From Octopus sinensis (Eukaryota), in the NCBI RefSeq assembly GCF_006345805.1, contig NC_043023.1:62001-126000 (forward strand): a stretch of DNA of 64,000 bases, written 5' to 3'. Below are positions 1-12,311 of the stretch, in pieces. The translations under genes and the position numbers were made by a program. Every line of letters begins with the position of its first letter. The stretch's first letter is position 1. The notes beneath the pieces are model-generated. The model searched no databases. It had not been told where the DNA came from and saw only the letters and a list, made by a program, of their open reading frames with translations.

Positions 1-108
1 CACACATACGACTACACACGAACACAAGTTTATGTATAAATACCGAGTGATAACGCCACTGTCCAACCAGGCAGCTACAGAGATCATTTTCAAATTGACC
101 CTTCAGAT

Positions 109-448
109 CAGGGGTTCTCAACGATTTTTTTTATCTATGGACCCCTTTGATTACTATTCTTTTCCGGTGGACCCCCAGAGTCATTCAATGTTTAAAAACT
201 AGTTTTATAGACACTTCTTTCAAAATTCCTATTTTGTTTTTCACACATTAACTTGCGCTTGTTGAACCATGTGATACGTTTGAGAAAGAAACCTTGCTGT
301 TTCTTGCAATACAAACATCTGAAGCTAAACATTTTCAGAGACACATAAAATACTATTGTGGATCCCCAATTTACTATTTTGTTTCATAGACCCCCCAAAA
401 TTTTATATGGACCCTCGAAAGCCATTTGACCCCGGTTGAGAACCAGTG
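109..448. mobile_element. hAT (Charlie-like) MITE
   Basis: TIRs CAGGGGTTCTCAAC (109) / GTTGAGAACCAGTG (435-448); flanking 8-mers CTTCAGAT / CTCTAGAC (decayed TSD, Charlie-type NTCTAGAN target); homologous to 14022-14810. Confidence 0.8.
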
Positions 449-715
449 CTCTAGACTATCTACTTCCCATATTTGACACAAACTCAAGTCCCGAAATGTT
501 CCCTATGCCTTACCTTAGTACACAGTTTGCGAGGTTTCCCGTACTAACAGGCTGGTTTGTAAATTGTGTTCAGAGAATTCGCTCGCTATCTTTTGTCACC
601 ATAACTTCTCATTGCTCAATAGGTTCTCTGGTGCCCATTACGCAAAGTCTCTATAATTCCTCCTTATTACGATTAAACCCCGACTTACCACTTAGCTTTG
701 CTAGCTGCATACTCC

Positions 716-910
716 TTCTCTCTTTCTCTCTCTCTCTTTGTCTCTCTCTCTCTCTCACTCTCTCTCTCTCTCTTTGTCTCTCTCTCTCTCACTCTCTCTC
801 TCTTTGTCTCTCTCTCTCTCTCACTCTCTCTCTCTTTGTCTCTCACTCTCTCTCTCTCTGTCTCTCTCTCTCTATCTCTTCGGCTCTCTCTCTCTTCTCT
901 TCTCTCTTTG

Positions 911-942
<32 letters not shown>

Positions 943-1139
943 TCGTCTCTCTCTTCTTTCTCTCTCTCTCTCTCTCTCTCTTGTCTCTCTCTCTCTCTCC
1001 ACTCTCTCTCCTCTCTCTCTCTCTCTCACTCTCTCTCTGTTTCTCTCTGTCTCTCTCTCACTCTCTCTCTCTTTGTCTCTCTCTCTATCTCTCTCACTCT
1101 CTCTCTTTGTCTCTCTCTCTCTCTTTCTCTCACTTTCTT

Positions 1140-1170
<31 letters not shown>

Positions 1171-1190
1171 CTCTCTCTCTCTTCTCCTTG
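716..1190. repeat. (CT)n microsatellite with TTTG/CA interruptions
   Basis: Seen directly; source of the LSLS/ERER pseudo-ORFs. Confidence 0.97.
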
Positions 1191-2043
1191 TACCTTTCTC
1201 CATATCTCAGCGTTTCTTCCTCCTCCGTTGTCCCACCCTCATTCTTCGAACTCTTTCCTTGCCTCTTCCTGTTTTTATCTAAAACCAATCCTCATCCTTA
1301 GTTGTTTCGAAGTCTTTTCCTCTCTTTCACTCCGCGTATCTCACCAATCCCCTCCTCCACTATCCCACTTCTATTTCTTTATGCCATTCCTTGCCCCTGC
1401 CTGTCATTATCTAGAGTCAGCAACCTCCTTCATTGATTTAACGTCTGCTTCATGTCTGTGAAGGGAGGTACCACCGGTGTCTCCCTTCACCATACTCACT
1501 TATTTTGCCCCTCTTCTCCTCCTCCTCCTGGATCACCTCTTCTACTTCCCTGTACTCCTCCGATTACTGGCTTCTTCCTTTCCCCACCTTGTATTTCTTT
1601 TTGTTCTACTGCTACTTTTCTAGTATCCTCCTTTAAGCCGCCTACATCCGTCCTCTCTCTGCTCTTCACCCCTTTCTTCTTCTTCGACCCTTCGACCTTT
1701 AAATCTCTGGCACTACGATGTAAACCGCTGTTTGCCAATTTTTTTCTCACGATGAAGGAAGCCGGTCTTACGGTAATGTCTCTACGCGACTATTTACTGG
1801 TTACATGTCATTGACCTTTTGCAATTCCATCTGTTAATTATAAATATTACGGTTATTACGCAAATTCTGAACTCCCAGAAACAGCTGTCGAGTTAAAAAT
1901 CCCTTAGTAGTCTGTATTTTTATGCTCCATGTCAATGTAAATTTATATGTCTCTATATAAAAATATTTATATGCGTGTACATATGTGTTTATCTCCTGAA
2001 TATATTTAGTTGTAGTTGTATCTATGCATATCTCTCTCTCTCT

Positions 2044-2128
<85 letters not shown>

Positions 2129-2129
<1 letters not shown>

Positions 2130-2248
2130 TCTTTACTCTCTTTTACTTGTTTCAGTCATTTAACTCCGGTCATGCTGGAGCACCACCTTTAGTCGAGCAA
2201 ATCGACCCCAGGACTTACTCTTTGTAAGCCTAGTACTTATTCTATCGA
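2129..2248 (-). mobile_element. SINE family A, 3' fragment
   Basis: Matches the tail of full copies (cttgtttcagtcatt...gctggagcacc...cttattctatcg). Confidence 0.85.
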
Positions 2249-2349
2249 TGAGTAAACAAAGAATTGCACATACGGTATGGAAAACGAAACTCGGGAGGCG
2301 AGTGTGTGGTGAAGTTTTGCATTTATAATAAAATAAATATACTCTTTAC

Positions 2350-2718
2350 GCTTTCACCCTTTTACACGTTTCAGTCATTTGAGTGCAGCCATGCTGGAGC
2401 ACCGCATTTAGTCGATGAAATCTACCCCCAGGGCTTATTCTCTGTAAGCCTTGTACTTATTCTATCGGTCTCTTAAGCCGAACCGCTAAGTTTCGGGGAC
2501 ATAAACACACCAGCATCGGTTGTCAAACACAGACACAAAGACACACACATAAATTTATATACATATACACGACGGACATCTTTCAGTTCCTGTCTACTAA
2601 ATTCACTCACAAGGCTATAGTAGAAGACACTTGCCGATGGTGCCACGCTGTGGGAGTGAACCCGGAACCATGTGGCTAGTAAGCAAGCTACTTACCACAA
2701 AGCCACGCCTGTGCCTAT
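2350..2718 (-). mobile_element. SINE family A (tRNA head + CORE-like ccttgggcaag segment, central microsatellite; resembles octopus OR-type SINEs)
   Basis: Colinear with about 15 other copies in the window; tRNA-like A box (TGGCTGTGTGG) and B box (GGTTCAGTCCC). Confidence 0.85.
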
Positions 2719-2724
2719 GTACAA

Positions 2725-2830
2725 ATTATAAAAATAATTTTAAAAAATACACTATTGTTTCTACTTCGCGGATTTTCACCTGTCGCAGTGGTTTTTGGAG
2801 CATAACACCCGCGATAGTCGAGGGATTACT

Positions 2831-2831
<1 letters not shown>
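2725..2831. mobile_element. Tigger/pogo-like MITE right end
   Basis: ctacttcgcgga...cgagggattactg|TA matches the right end of 25678-26940. Confidence 0.65.
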
Positions 2832-2881
<50 letters not shown>

Positions 2882-2889
2882 ACATAATA

Positions 2890-3106
2890 AATGCGCCCTT
2901 TTAAAACCTAACCAAGCTCATGGGCCAGGTTTCCCGGTTTCTATGGCGTATATGTTCCCTAGTTGGATGGGACGCCAGTCCATCGCAGCGTTACTCATTT
3001 TTGCCAGCTGACTGGACTGGAACAACGTGTCGTCTGGGCCGGGAATCGAAACCACAATCTTACGATCATGATGCTGACACCCTAACCACTAAGCCACGCG
3101 CCTCCA
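2890..3106 (-). mobile_element. SINE family C variant (tRNA head; tail shared with family D)
   Basis: Head rc ...ggaatcgaaaccacaatcttacgatc...ccctaaccactaagccacgcgcctccac; tail ccggtttctatggcgtatatgttccc resembles 8910-8950. Confidence 0.7.
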
Positions 3107-3109
3107 CAC

Positions 3110-3445
<336 letters not shown>

Positions 3446-3992
3446 TTCTTTTATTCTTTTACTTGTTTCAGTCGTTTGACTGCGGCCATGCTGGAGCACC
3501 GCCTTAAAGGGTTATAGTCGAAGAAATCGACTCCAGGACTTATTCTTTGTAAGCCTAGTTATTCTATCGGTTTCTTTTGCCGAACCGTTAAGTTACGGGG
3601 ACGTAAACACACCAGTATCAGTTGTCAAACGATAGCAGAGGGATAAAACACAAACACACGCATACATAAATAAATACATACGTGGTCGGATCAATAAGTA
3701 TCCGGACTGTTGTTAAGCACTCGGAATGAAGCTACTAGCATAGATCGCCAAGATTCTGGCAAAATTTGATGTAGATTCTCTGCTCAATTTTCTATCATGG
3801 TCAGTGCGATGACCACACGCTACACATCTTCCTTCCAAGCACTGCTGTAAACAACGGAATTGAGCTAGAACGTTAAAACTTAGTGCGCATGCATAGCAGA
3901 GTTCAAGGCCAATATTTTCCAAACGGCTTTACTCTGCATACTTCAGCTTCGTTACAATAGCAGCTGTCCGGATACTTATTGATCAGACCTCG

Positions 3993-4064
<72 letters not shown>

Positions 4065-4203
4065 CGGACTTCTTTCAGTTTCCATCTACCAAATACACTC
4101 ACAAGGCCCTTGTCGGCCCGAGGCTATAGTAGAAGTATCTCGTAGTGAGACTGAACCCGGAACCATGTGCTCACGAAGCAAGTTTCTTACCACACACCCA
4201 CGT
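3446..4203 (-). mobile_element. SINE family A split by a mariner MITE (halves 3446-3660 and 4062-4203)
   Basis: The two halves join into one consensus copy around the central microsatellite. Confidence 0.8.
3681..3992. mobile_element. mariner-type MITE
   Basis: 27-bp TIRs CGTGGTCGGATCAATAAGTATCCGGAC / rc CGAGGTCTGATCAATAAGTATCCGGAC (25/27), TA on both sides. Confidence 0.9.
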
Positions 4204-5199
4204 GTGTGTGTGAGTGTGTGTGTGTGTATACACACGTAAATATCGAACAATGAGAATAATTGCTCAACACTGCATTGGTGGATAAAGATTCTTTATTTGT
4301 GTATTAAAGCTACCATTGGTTTCATGTTAAGGAACATCGGTTTTCGTTTCCATTTTGGATTGTGTATGTATATATGTAGTGGATCTTGCAAGCATGAAGT
4401 GGATTCAACCCATCATAGCCAAATTTAAATTAACACTGCAACAGAAATTTTCCCACGATGGAACAATGGTTTTTCTCTGACAGCAGTTTTACATTTTCCA
4501 GATGCCTTTAGCTAGGCCGAAATAATGTCTTCACCACTTGATCCTTTCTAATCTCTTCTACTTCACCAAAAGCTAGAATAGAGATAGCAAGACCACCAAC
4601 GAAATCTATTGTTCTCAATGATATATCTATCCTTCTGGATAGTTATAAAAGCAAGCACACCCCAAGCAAAATCAGTTAGTTACAGTCGGTGACAACGAAG
4701 TCTGGCTGACCAACCTTGGTCAGAGGGAGAAATGAAGTTTACTGTCAGCAACTGTGAGACGTCTCACACCATACAACTCCCACTAGCTCTAATTCTGTTC
4801 TCTTACAACATCATTCTATCTCTCTCTGTAATTACTACAATGAAGAGGACAAACACAAACTTTACTTCGCATGCTTTTGGACTTATCATAACCTGCCCGT
4901 CGAGTAACGTAACGGTAAATAAATATTTCCTTAAAACTTCATGCATTGTTCATCTTTCACATCCTACAACTTGCAATTATAGCAACAAATTTTTATCGTT
5001 ACAACTGCTGACTCCCACATTTCATAATATGTACCTAATCATATTTATCGTCACATATACATAATACGCGCGCATGCGCACGCACATATATAAGTAGACT
5101 ATATTTGAATTAAAGAGAAGGTGCGAAGAAAATGCACTGACAGAATAGACAGACAATAAAGGAAAGCTAGGAAAACAGCGAGAGAGAATGAAGACGATG

Positions 5200-5390
5200 T
5201 GGGGAATATGGCTGCTATTGGCCAAGATTGACTGAATCTGCACCTGTGTATGGAGGCCAGGCAAGATTTTTTTCCTTTTTGCGGGAGACCGGCAGTTACC
5301 CTTACATGTAAGTCTCCCCACAGATGTGTATCCAAGGGAATGGTCACCAATTTGAGCCAATACAACTTGGCACTAGTTCCGTCACAAATG
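5200..5390 (-). mobile_element. Old diverged SINE body (same family as 63700-64000)
   Basis: gaccggcagttaccc...tatccaagggaa...caacttggcactag aligns by eye with 63770-63880. Confidence 0.5.
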
Positions 5391-5598
5391 TTCCGGTCAG
5401 AATGCAAAACGGAACAGACACCATATGGCAGGGTGAATTGTTAAAACTGAACAGTTTTATCGCTCCAACGTCCTAGATTGTTATTTTTTTATTGACCCCA
5501 AGAAGATAAAAGTTTGTTGCCTTGAGGGATAACTATAAGAATACAATAAAAACAGGGCATAAAACACGAAAGGATACTAGAGAAAGAATTAAAAGAAC

Positions 5599-5741
<143 letters not shown>

Positions 5742-5844
5742 GAAGAGACAGACAGACTGACAGACTGATTGATGGATCCAACTTAAAAACAGTGAGAGCG
5801 TTTGGAAGGAAGACCAATTGTAAGAAGGAATGAAAACATAACTA

Positions 5845-6367
5845 CAGTTGGGGGCCCCACCACCCACTCTGGATTTTTCATAACTTTCTTTATAATGCAT
5901 ATTTTTAATGAAATTTTGCAGATGTATTCCGAAGGTATAGCTGGTGATTATGCTGGTGAAATTCATTTAAAATTTAAATTAAAGAATATTCTTTCACTCA
6001 GAGACAAAAGTAATCGATACCATTTTTTTCCCAACAATTCAGTAACTTGCGCGTGATTTTGCACGACATAAAAACATCGATGACATTATCCTGATTGATA
6101 ATATCCAATTTCCTGTTGGTAATGAATAATATCCATCAGGATGCTGTCATCGATATTTAAAGTTGTGCAAAGATCATGAGCATCTATTGAATGATTTAAA
6201 AGGTATGGACTTCTTTCTGGCGATAGAAATAAGTTAATTAAGAAAAAAATTTCATCAGCATAATCGCCATCTACACCCTCGAAAATGTATCCCTGCAAAA
6301 TTTCATTAAAAGATATGCATTATTTTAAAAGTTTTGGGGAAACAAAATCGGGCGGGGTACTAAACTG
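5845..6367. mobile_element. Fold-back MITE with TA TSD (Tc1/mariner-type ends)
   Basis: TA|CAGTT...AACTG|TA; inverted matches recur along the whole length (e.g. taatgaaattttgcag / ctgcaaaatttcatta; atcgatgaca..atcctgat / atcaggat..tgtcatcgat). Confidence 0.8.
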
Positions 6368-8154
6368 TAGTTATGTCGGAAGTAGAAGGCTGTTGATAAA
6401 TCAACGAAAATACGATACGATGAACAGACGTGGGAGTTTTAATAAAGTGAGATAAACTTTGAAACAAAGGCAAGCATTAATTAGTCAAATATAGGAAAAT
6501 AGCAAAAAAATATAAGCGATGAGGAGAAAATAGAAAGGTAGATGGTGAGATGAATAAGGTTGAAAGAGAAACAGACGATGAAACGATATAAAGATGGTAG
6601 AGAGAAAAGCAGGCGATGAGAAGAAAAAATGGAGGGAAATAGGCAGGCGATGACAATGAAAGGAAAAAGATGGCTGGAAAATCAAGTGAAGAGAAAGAAA
6701 ATGAGGAAAAAGATGGAAACAGGTGGTGAGTTGAGAAAAGGACTGAAAATTTAAAGAAAAACCTGATAATGTAACACAGCAGACGATAAGTTTTTAAAAA
6801 TCAAAAATACCAGCTACAATGAAAAAAGAAGGAAAGGAAAAGAAAACGAAACATTGAATATTGAAAGAAAGAGAAACAGTGACATAATAAAAGGGGAAAG
6901 ATGGAAAGAGGGAGAGAGAGAGAGAATGATAGAAAGAGAGAGAGAGAGAGAGAGAGTCATTTGAAAGAAAGGCGACGAATAAGAATAAATTAAATACATT
7001 GAAGGAAAGACTAGTGATAATGAAAATAAGATTAAAAATCAGTAGTCGATGGATTAAAAAGTTTAAAAAAGTCATTGCGAGACATGCGGGAATTTCATAA
7101 TGAGAGATGTTAATAAGAGAAAGGCAGAATATTTTAAAGGAAGACAATAAGAAGGAAAATATGGAAAGAAAGGAAAAAAGAAAGGAAAGTGGGATGGGGA
7201 GGGAAGCGGTGAGCGATAAGAAATTAACAGAAAGACAGGAAATTAGAATTTTTAAAAATCTTTTGGAGAGAATCCAGTACCAATGCCCCCTTTCCAGGGC
7301 CTCTGAGACTGGTAAGAGGAAGTTATCGTTAAACCGATGACCTGGCCTGAACGTTTGAAACAAAGTGAACTCCTCTAAAGGGACCCGTCGTTTCAGGTGG
7401 TGCTGTTAAAGCGGGAGCGGAAAATGTAGAAAATGGGATGAGGGGTGGATAGATGTATTAAAAGACAGGAAATGGAGGGAAATAAGGAGAGATGATACCT
7501 TAAAAGCCGACACAGAAAAGTATTGAAAGAATAGCATTTTAAATTGAGAGATTTTAATTAGAAAAGGACAGAATATTTGAGAGGAATTTCGATGATGGAT
7601 TTTTAATAAAAAGTAAAAGGAATTTCAGAATAAAGCAGAAAAAGACCCCCGAAAAACATGGAAAGAAAGAACGACAAAGCGAAAGAAAGACGGTAAGATT
7701 TTAAAGAAGAAAGAAAAGAAAGAATATTTGAAAGTAACCATATGATCACGGTCTCCAAGACAGAAGATGGTTATTCCTCTGACCCCTGATCAAGGACGTT
7801 AGGACACACCGATGCTCAACACAGCCCCATTTTATTTATGTATTTATTTTGCATAAAGTCAAACAGAATGAAAGACAAAGAGAAAGACAAGAAACGACCC
7901 GAGTATACGACTGGTACTTTATTTATCGACATCGAAAGAATGACAGCTAAAGTTGACCTACACTGTATTTCAACTCAGTATTTAAAAATCCGGATCGAAT
8001 ACGGCAAGATACCTGATGCTCCAACAATTCAACCAGCTGACCTCCTACACTGACTTCTTTTATTTAGCGGGTGTGGAGAAAGGGACAGCGCCCAGGGCCT
8101 TTACAAGCTTTCCTAAGCTGTTGAGATCGACGCCGTTAATACCGGTTTCAAATT

Positions 8155-8353
8155 TCGGCACAATACCAACAATTTTGGGAGAGGGCCTAGTCGATTACAT
8201 CTTCCCCAGTGCTCAACTTGAACTTATTTTACTAACCCAGAAAGGATGAAAGGCAAAGTCGAACTTAGCAGAATTTGAACTCAGAATGTAAAGACGGACG
8301 AAATGCCGCTGAGCATATTCCCGCCGTGCTAATGATTCTGCCATCTCGCCGTC

Positions 8354-8439
<86 letters not shown>

Positions 8440-8652
8440 CCTTTCTACTAAAGGCACAAGGCCTGAAATTTTAGGGGAGAGGATAAGTCGATTACATTGA
8501 TCCCAGTGCGTAACTGTTACTTATTTCATCGACCCCGAAAGGATGAAAGGCAAAGTCGAACTCAGCAGAATTTGAACTCAGAACGTAAAGACAGACGAAA
8601 TGCTGGTATGCATTCGCCCGGCTTGCTAACTATTCTGCCAGCTCGCTACCGT
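8155..8652 (-). mobile_element. Two SINE family B copies (8155-8355, 8439-8652) separated by (TAA)n
   Basis: Family B: head ggcggcgagctggcagaa..gagttcaaattcc, body gcctttcatcctttcggggtcgataaattaagtaccag (recalled as resembling the Meta domain), (ATT)n tail. Confidence 0.85.
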
Positions 8653-8679
8653 TTTGATGTCATTAATATTACTCTCTGA

Positions 8680-8982
8680 GGAGACACATGGCCTAGTGGC
8701 TAGAGCAGCGGACTCGCGATCAAGGGATCGCGGGTTCGAATCTCAGACCGGACGATGTGTGTGTTTATGAGCGAAACACCTAAGCTCCACGCGGCTCCTG
8801 CAGAAGGTAATGGCGAACTTCTACTGACCCTTTCGCCACAACTTTCTCTCACTCTTTCCTCCTGGATCTTGCAGCTCACCTGCAACGGACCGGTGTCCCG
8901 TCCAGGTGGGGAACCTATACGCCAAGGAAACCGGGAAACCGGCCCTTATGAGCCAGGCGTGGATCGAGAAGGAACAAACAAT
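8680..8982 (+). mobile_element. SINE family D, full length
   Basis: tRNA head TGGCCTAGTGG (A box) ... GGTTCGAATC (B box); body homologous to 45085-45275. Confidence 0.8.
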
Positions 8983-8998
8983 ATTATTCTCTAAGGTT

Positions 8999-9212
8999 AA
9001 GGCAGCGAGCTGGCAGAACCGTTAGCACGCCTGGCGAAATGCTTAACCGTATTTCGCCTGTCTTTACGTTCTGAGTTCAAAGTCCGCCGAGGTCGATTTT
9101 GCCTTTCATCCTTTCGGGGTTGATTAAATAAGTAGTATTTCAGCACTGGAGTCGATTTAATTGACTTACTCCACCCCAAATTCCTGGCCTTGTGCCAAAA
9201 TTTGAAATTAAT
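8999..9212 (+). mobile_element. SINE family B
   Basis: Colinear with other family B copies. Confidence 0.85.
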
Positions 9213-9224
9213 ATTACGCTCTAA

Positions 9225-9470
9225 ACTGCAAGAAAAATATGAGAGGGAGGGAATTCCAGATGCATAATGATTTGGGGAGGAAGGACTGAGTGTAGTGATT
9301 CGTAAGGAGCCTGGAAGGGTTAGATTCAACAAAGATGATGAAAAGGTGAATGGGACGAGAATGCTTGAGTAGAGGTGGCATAGGTCCAGTCACTTCTGAG
9401 AATCAGAGGACACTATAAGAGAGATAGAAATAGCAAAGAGAGGGGACAGATTAAAGATAGTTGCATTTTA
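9225..9470 (-). mobile_element. CR1/L2-like LINE 3' coding remnant
   Basis: Minus strand reads ...NHYTQSFLPKSLCIWNSLP, the SF.P....WNSLP C-terminal motif of CR1/L2/Jockey-group ORF2. Confidence 0.65.
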
Positions 9471-9714
9471 TGGGGAATTGTTTGTTAGTGTTTCATAACA
9501 TCGAGTTTTTAAAAAATATTTATTATATAGAGCTTTGAGTATTATAAAAAAAGCAAATATTCTTTGTAAAACAGAAACAGCGCTTATGTGGTGCAGAGGG
9601 TGAAGTAAGTCTGCGAACGAATTTTATACCAATCAATCGAGTGGCCTTACTTCGAATGCCTGTGTGTGCAGCAATTCTGTGTCAAGTGTGGAAGCAATAA
9701 TATACCCATCGAAG

Positions 9715-10325
9715 AAGGCGGCGAGCTGGCAGAATCGTTAGCACGCCGGGCGACATGCTTAGCAGTATTTCGTCTGCCGCTACGTTCTGAGTTCAAATTC
9801 CTCCGAGGTCGGCTTTGCCTTTCATCCTTTCGGGGTCGAGAAATAAGTACCAATTACGCACTGAAGGTTGGTATAATCGACTTAATGCGTTTGTCTGGCC
9901 TTGTTTGTCCTCTCTGTGTTTAGCTCCTTGTGGGTAGTAAAGAAATAGATATTTCGTCTGTCTTTATATTCTGAGTTCAAATTCCGCCGAGGTCGACTTT
10001 GTACTTCATCCTTTTGGAGTCGATAAATTAAGTACCAGTTACGAACTGGGGTCGATCTAATCGACTGGCCCCCTCCCCCAAAATTTCGGGTCTTGTGCCT
10101 AGTGTAGAAATGAATACACCCATCTAAGACGGTGAACTGGCAGAACCGTTAGCACACCGGACAAAATACTTAGCGGCATTCCGCCTGCCTTTACGTTCTG
10201 GGTTCAAAATCCGCCGAGGTCGACTTTACCTTTCATCCTTTCGAGGTCGATAAATAAAGTACCGACTGACCACAAGTGAGGGGGGGTATGTACTCGGCTC
10301 TACCTTTCCCTCAAAACTGCTGGCC
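9715..10325 (+). mobile_element. SINE family B long form (9715-10112) plus a short copy (10127-10325)
   Basis: Long form has a tccgtttgtctgtccttgtttgtcc...gtagtaaagaaatag spacer and a second body. Confidence 0.85.
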
Positions 10326-10589
10326 GTCTACCTAAATCTGAACCCATCTAAATACAAATGTTTGACACGACTTATCATAGAAATTACAAAGATAGAGAGA
10401 CAAAATTTTGTTCCGCCCTTACGCTCACGCCGCTTTAATGCAGGGCCCTTTTGTTTAGGGGCTGATGTGACCAAGATGTTGCGCCAATCAACGCATCGTT
10501 CCGTCTGACATGGAATCCTATCTCTGTTAACTGACGGGACTCGAATGTCCTGTTTCCCGTCACAAAGACGTCGGTGGTAAAAGTCGAAA

Positions 10590-10990
10590 GTTAAGAAGAC
10601 AGACGATAGAAAGAAATGAGAGTTCCAGCGGAAAGTAGGCGATAAGTTAGGGTGGGGAGAAAGAAGGAAGTGAGATATGAAGAAGTTAGAAAGAAGGACA
10701 AAAGATAAAAAGAAATAAAACAAGAAAAATAATTTGGAATAAAAAAGCTGAATTTGATGTGAAGAACAACGATAGAAATACATCGAAGAAAAGACAGGCG
10801 ATCAGAAAAAATAGAGCGAATAGCGGGATGAGTTTTAAGAGATGGGGGAAACCTGGAAAGGAAAGCAGACGATAAAAAGATAAAGAAGATATAGGTAAAG
10901 AATAAGGAAAACATTTAGGTAGAGGGGAAGACGTAGGGTACGATTTAAATTTAAATTCAGAATGAAAATAATGGGAACTGAAAGCAGAAA
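10590..10990 (+). repeat. Purine-rich degenerate repeat unit, homologous to 13710-14020
   Basis: Long colinear match (agacagacgatagaaagaaatgag ... gaatttgatgtgaagaacaacgatag ... acatcgaagaaaagacaggcgat). Confidence 0.75.
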
Positions 10991-11039
10991 ACATCTTAGT
11001 AAACACTAACATTTCCATCTATCTAGACTCCAAAATATT

Positions 11040-11424
11040 GTTTTATACTCTAGGCACAAGGCCCGAAATTTTGGGGGAGGGGGCCAGTCGATTAGATCGA
11101 CCCCAGTACGCAACTGGTACTTAATTTTATTGATTCCGAAAGAATGAAATGCAAAGTCGACCTCGGCGGAATTTAAACTTAAAGACAGACGAAATACCTA
11201 TTTCTTTATTACCCACAAGGGGCTAAACACAGAGAGGACAAACAAGGACAGACAAACGGATTAAGTCGATTACATCGATCCCAGTGCGTAACTGGTACTT
11301 ATTTAATCGCCCCCGAAAGGATAAAAGGCAAAGTCGACCTCGGCGGAATTCGAACTCAGAACGTAGCGGCAGACGAAATACGGCTAAGCATTTCGCCCGG
11401 CGATTCTGCCAGCTCGCCGCCTTG
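11040..11424 (-). mobile_element. SINE family B long form
   Basis: Reverse complement of the family B long consensus. Confidence 0.85.
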
Positions 11425-11542
11425 CTCGACTCCGAAATATTGAAAGACGAAGTTGACTTTGGAATTTGAACGCAGAGTGTAGGAGGCGCAGTGACAATGC
11501 TATCCGACATTTTCTCGGCTCTGCTAATTCACCACCTGGTGA

Positions 11543-12226
11543 AGACGTGAGGCTTAGCGGTTAGGGTATCCGGCTCATAATCGTAAGATCATGAGTTCGA
11601 TTCCTGGAGGCGCGTTGTATCCTTGAGCAAGATACTTTATTTCACGTTGCCACAGACCACTCAGCTAGTAAAAATGAGAGCTACCTGTCTTGTCAAAGGG
11701 GCTGTTCTGTGTCATGCTGAATCTCCCTAACAACTACATTAAGGGTGCACCTGTCTGTGGAATGCTCCCAACCACTTACGCATTAATTTCACGAACAGTC
11801 TATTATACAGGCGCAGCCGTGGCTGTGTGGTAAGTAGCTTGTTTACCAACCACATGGTTCTGGGTTCAGTCCCACTGCGTGGCACCTTGGGCAACTGTCT
11901 TCTACTATAGCCTCGGGCCAACCAAAGCCTTGTGAATGGATTTAGTAAACGGAAACTGAAAGAAGCCCGTCGTATATGTGAGTGCGTGTGTGTGTGTTTG
12001 TGTTTGTCCCCCCAACATCGCTTGGCAACCGATGCTGGTGTGTTTACGTTCGGCAAAAGAGACCGATAGAATAAGTACTAGGCTTACAAAGAATAAGTCC
12101 TGGGGTCGATTTGCTCGACTAAAGGCGGTGCTCCAGCATGGCCACAGTCAAATGACTGAAACAAGTAAAAGAGTAAAGAGTATTGATCGGATCAACTGGA
12201 ACCTTCGTCGTCGCAACCGACGGAAT
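11543..12226 (+). mobile_element. SINE family C (11543-11800 + 12181-12226) interrupted by SINE family A (11806-12180)
   Basis: Head gaggcttagcggttagggt...gagttcgattcc; family C tail tgatcggatcaactggaacc..cgtcgtcgcaaccgacgg resumes right after the family A tail. Confidence 0.8.
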
Positions 12227-12311
12227 AACTAATTTTTTTAACCCAACAATGACAGATGAGTTAAATAAAAATACCTAAAGAAAGAAAAAAGATTTTCTTT
12301 TACTTTTTTTT

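Noticed and set aside
500-700. Strong minus-strand donor-like sites (AAG|GTAAGG near 510, GTG|GTAAGT near 688; also GTGAGTATG near 1500)
   Set aside because: No convincing upstream polypyrimidine acceptor or recognisable peptide, so not called as exon 2
436-1461. 341-aa ORF and overlapping LSLS/ERER ORFs
   Set aside because: Translations of a (CT)n microsatellite; the same applies to the YIYI, IYLS, HTHT and NNN/III ORFs throughout the window
5022-5444. Three overlapping ORFs in apparently unique sequence
   Set aside because: Core is a diverged SINE body homologous to 63700-63900
8680-8760. tRNA-like A/B boxes here and in all SINE heads
   Set aside because: No complete cloverleaf; each continues into a SINE body, so not tRNA genes
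9225-9470. Minus-strand polypyrimidine-AG followed by an open frame
   Set aside because: Peptide matches a CR1-type LINE C-terminus rather than a host exon
10328-10600. CpG-containing unique stretch with a 151-aa minus-strand ORF
   Set aside because: ORF starts in the pyrimidine tract; no acceptor or domain recognised
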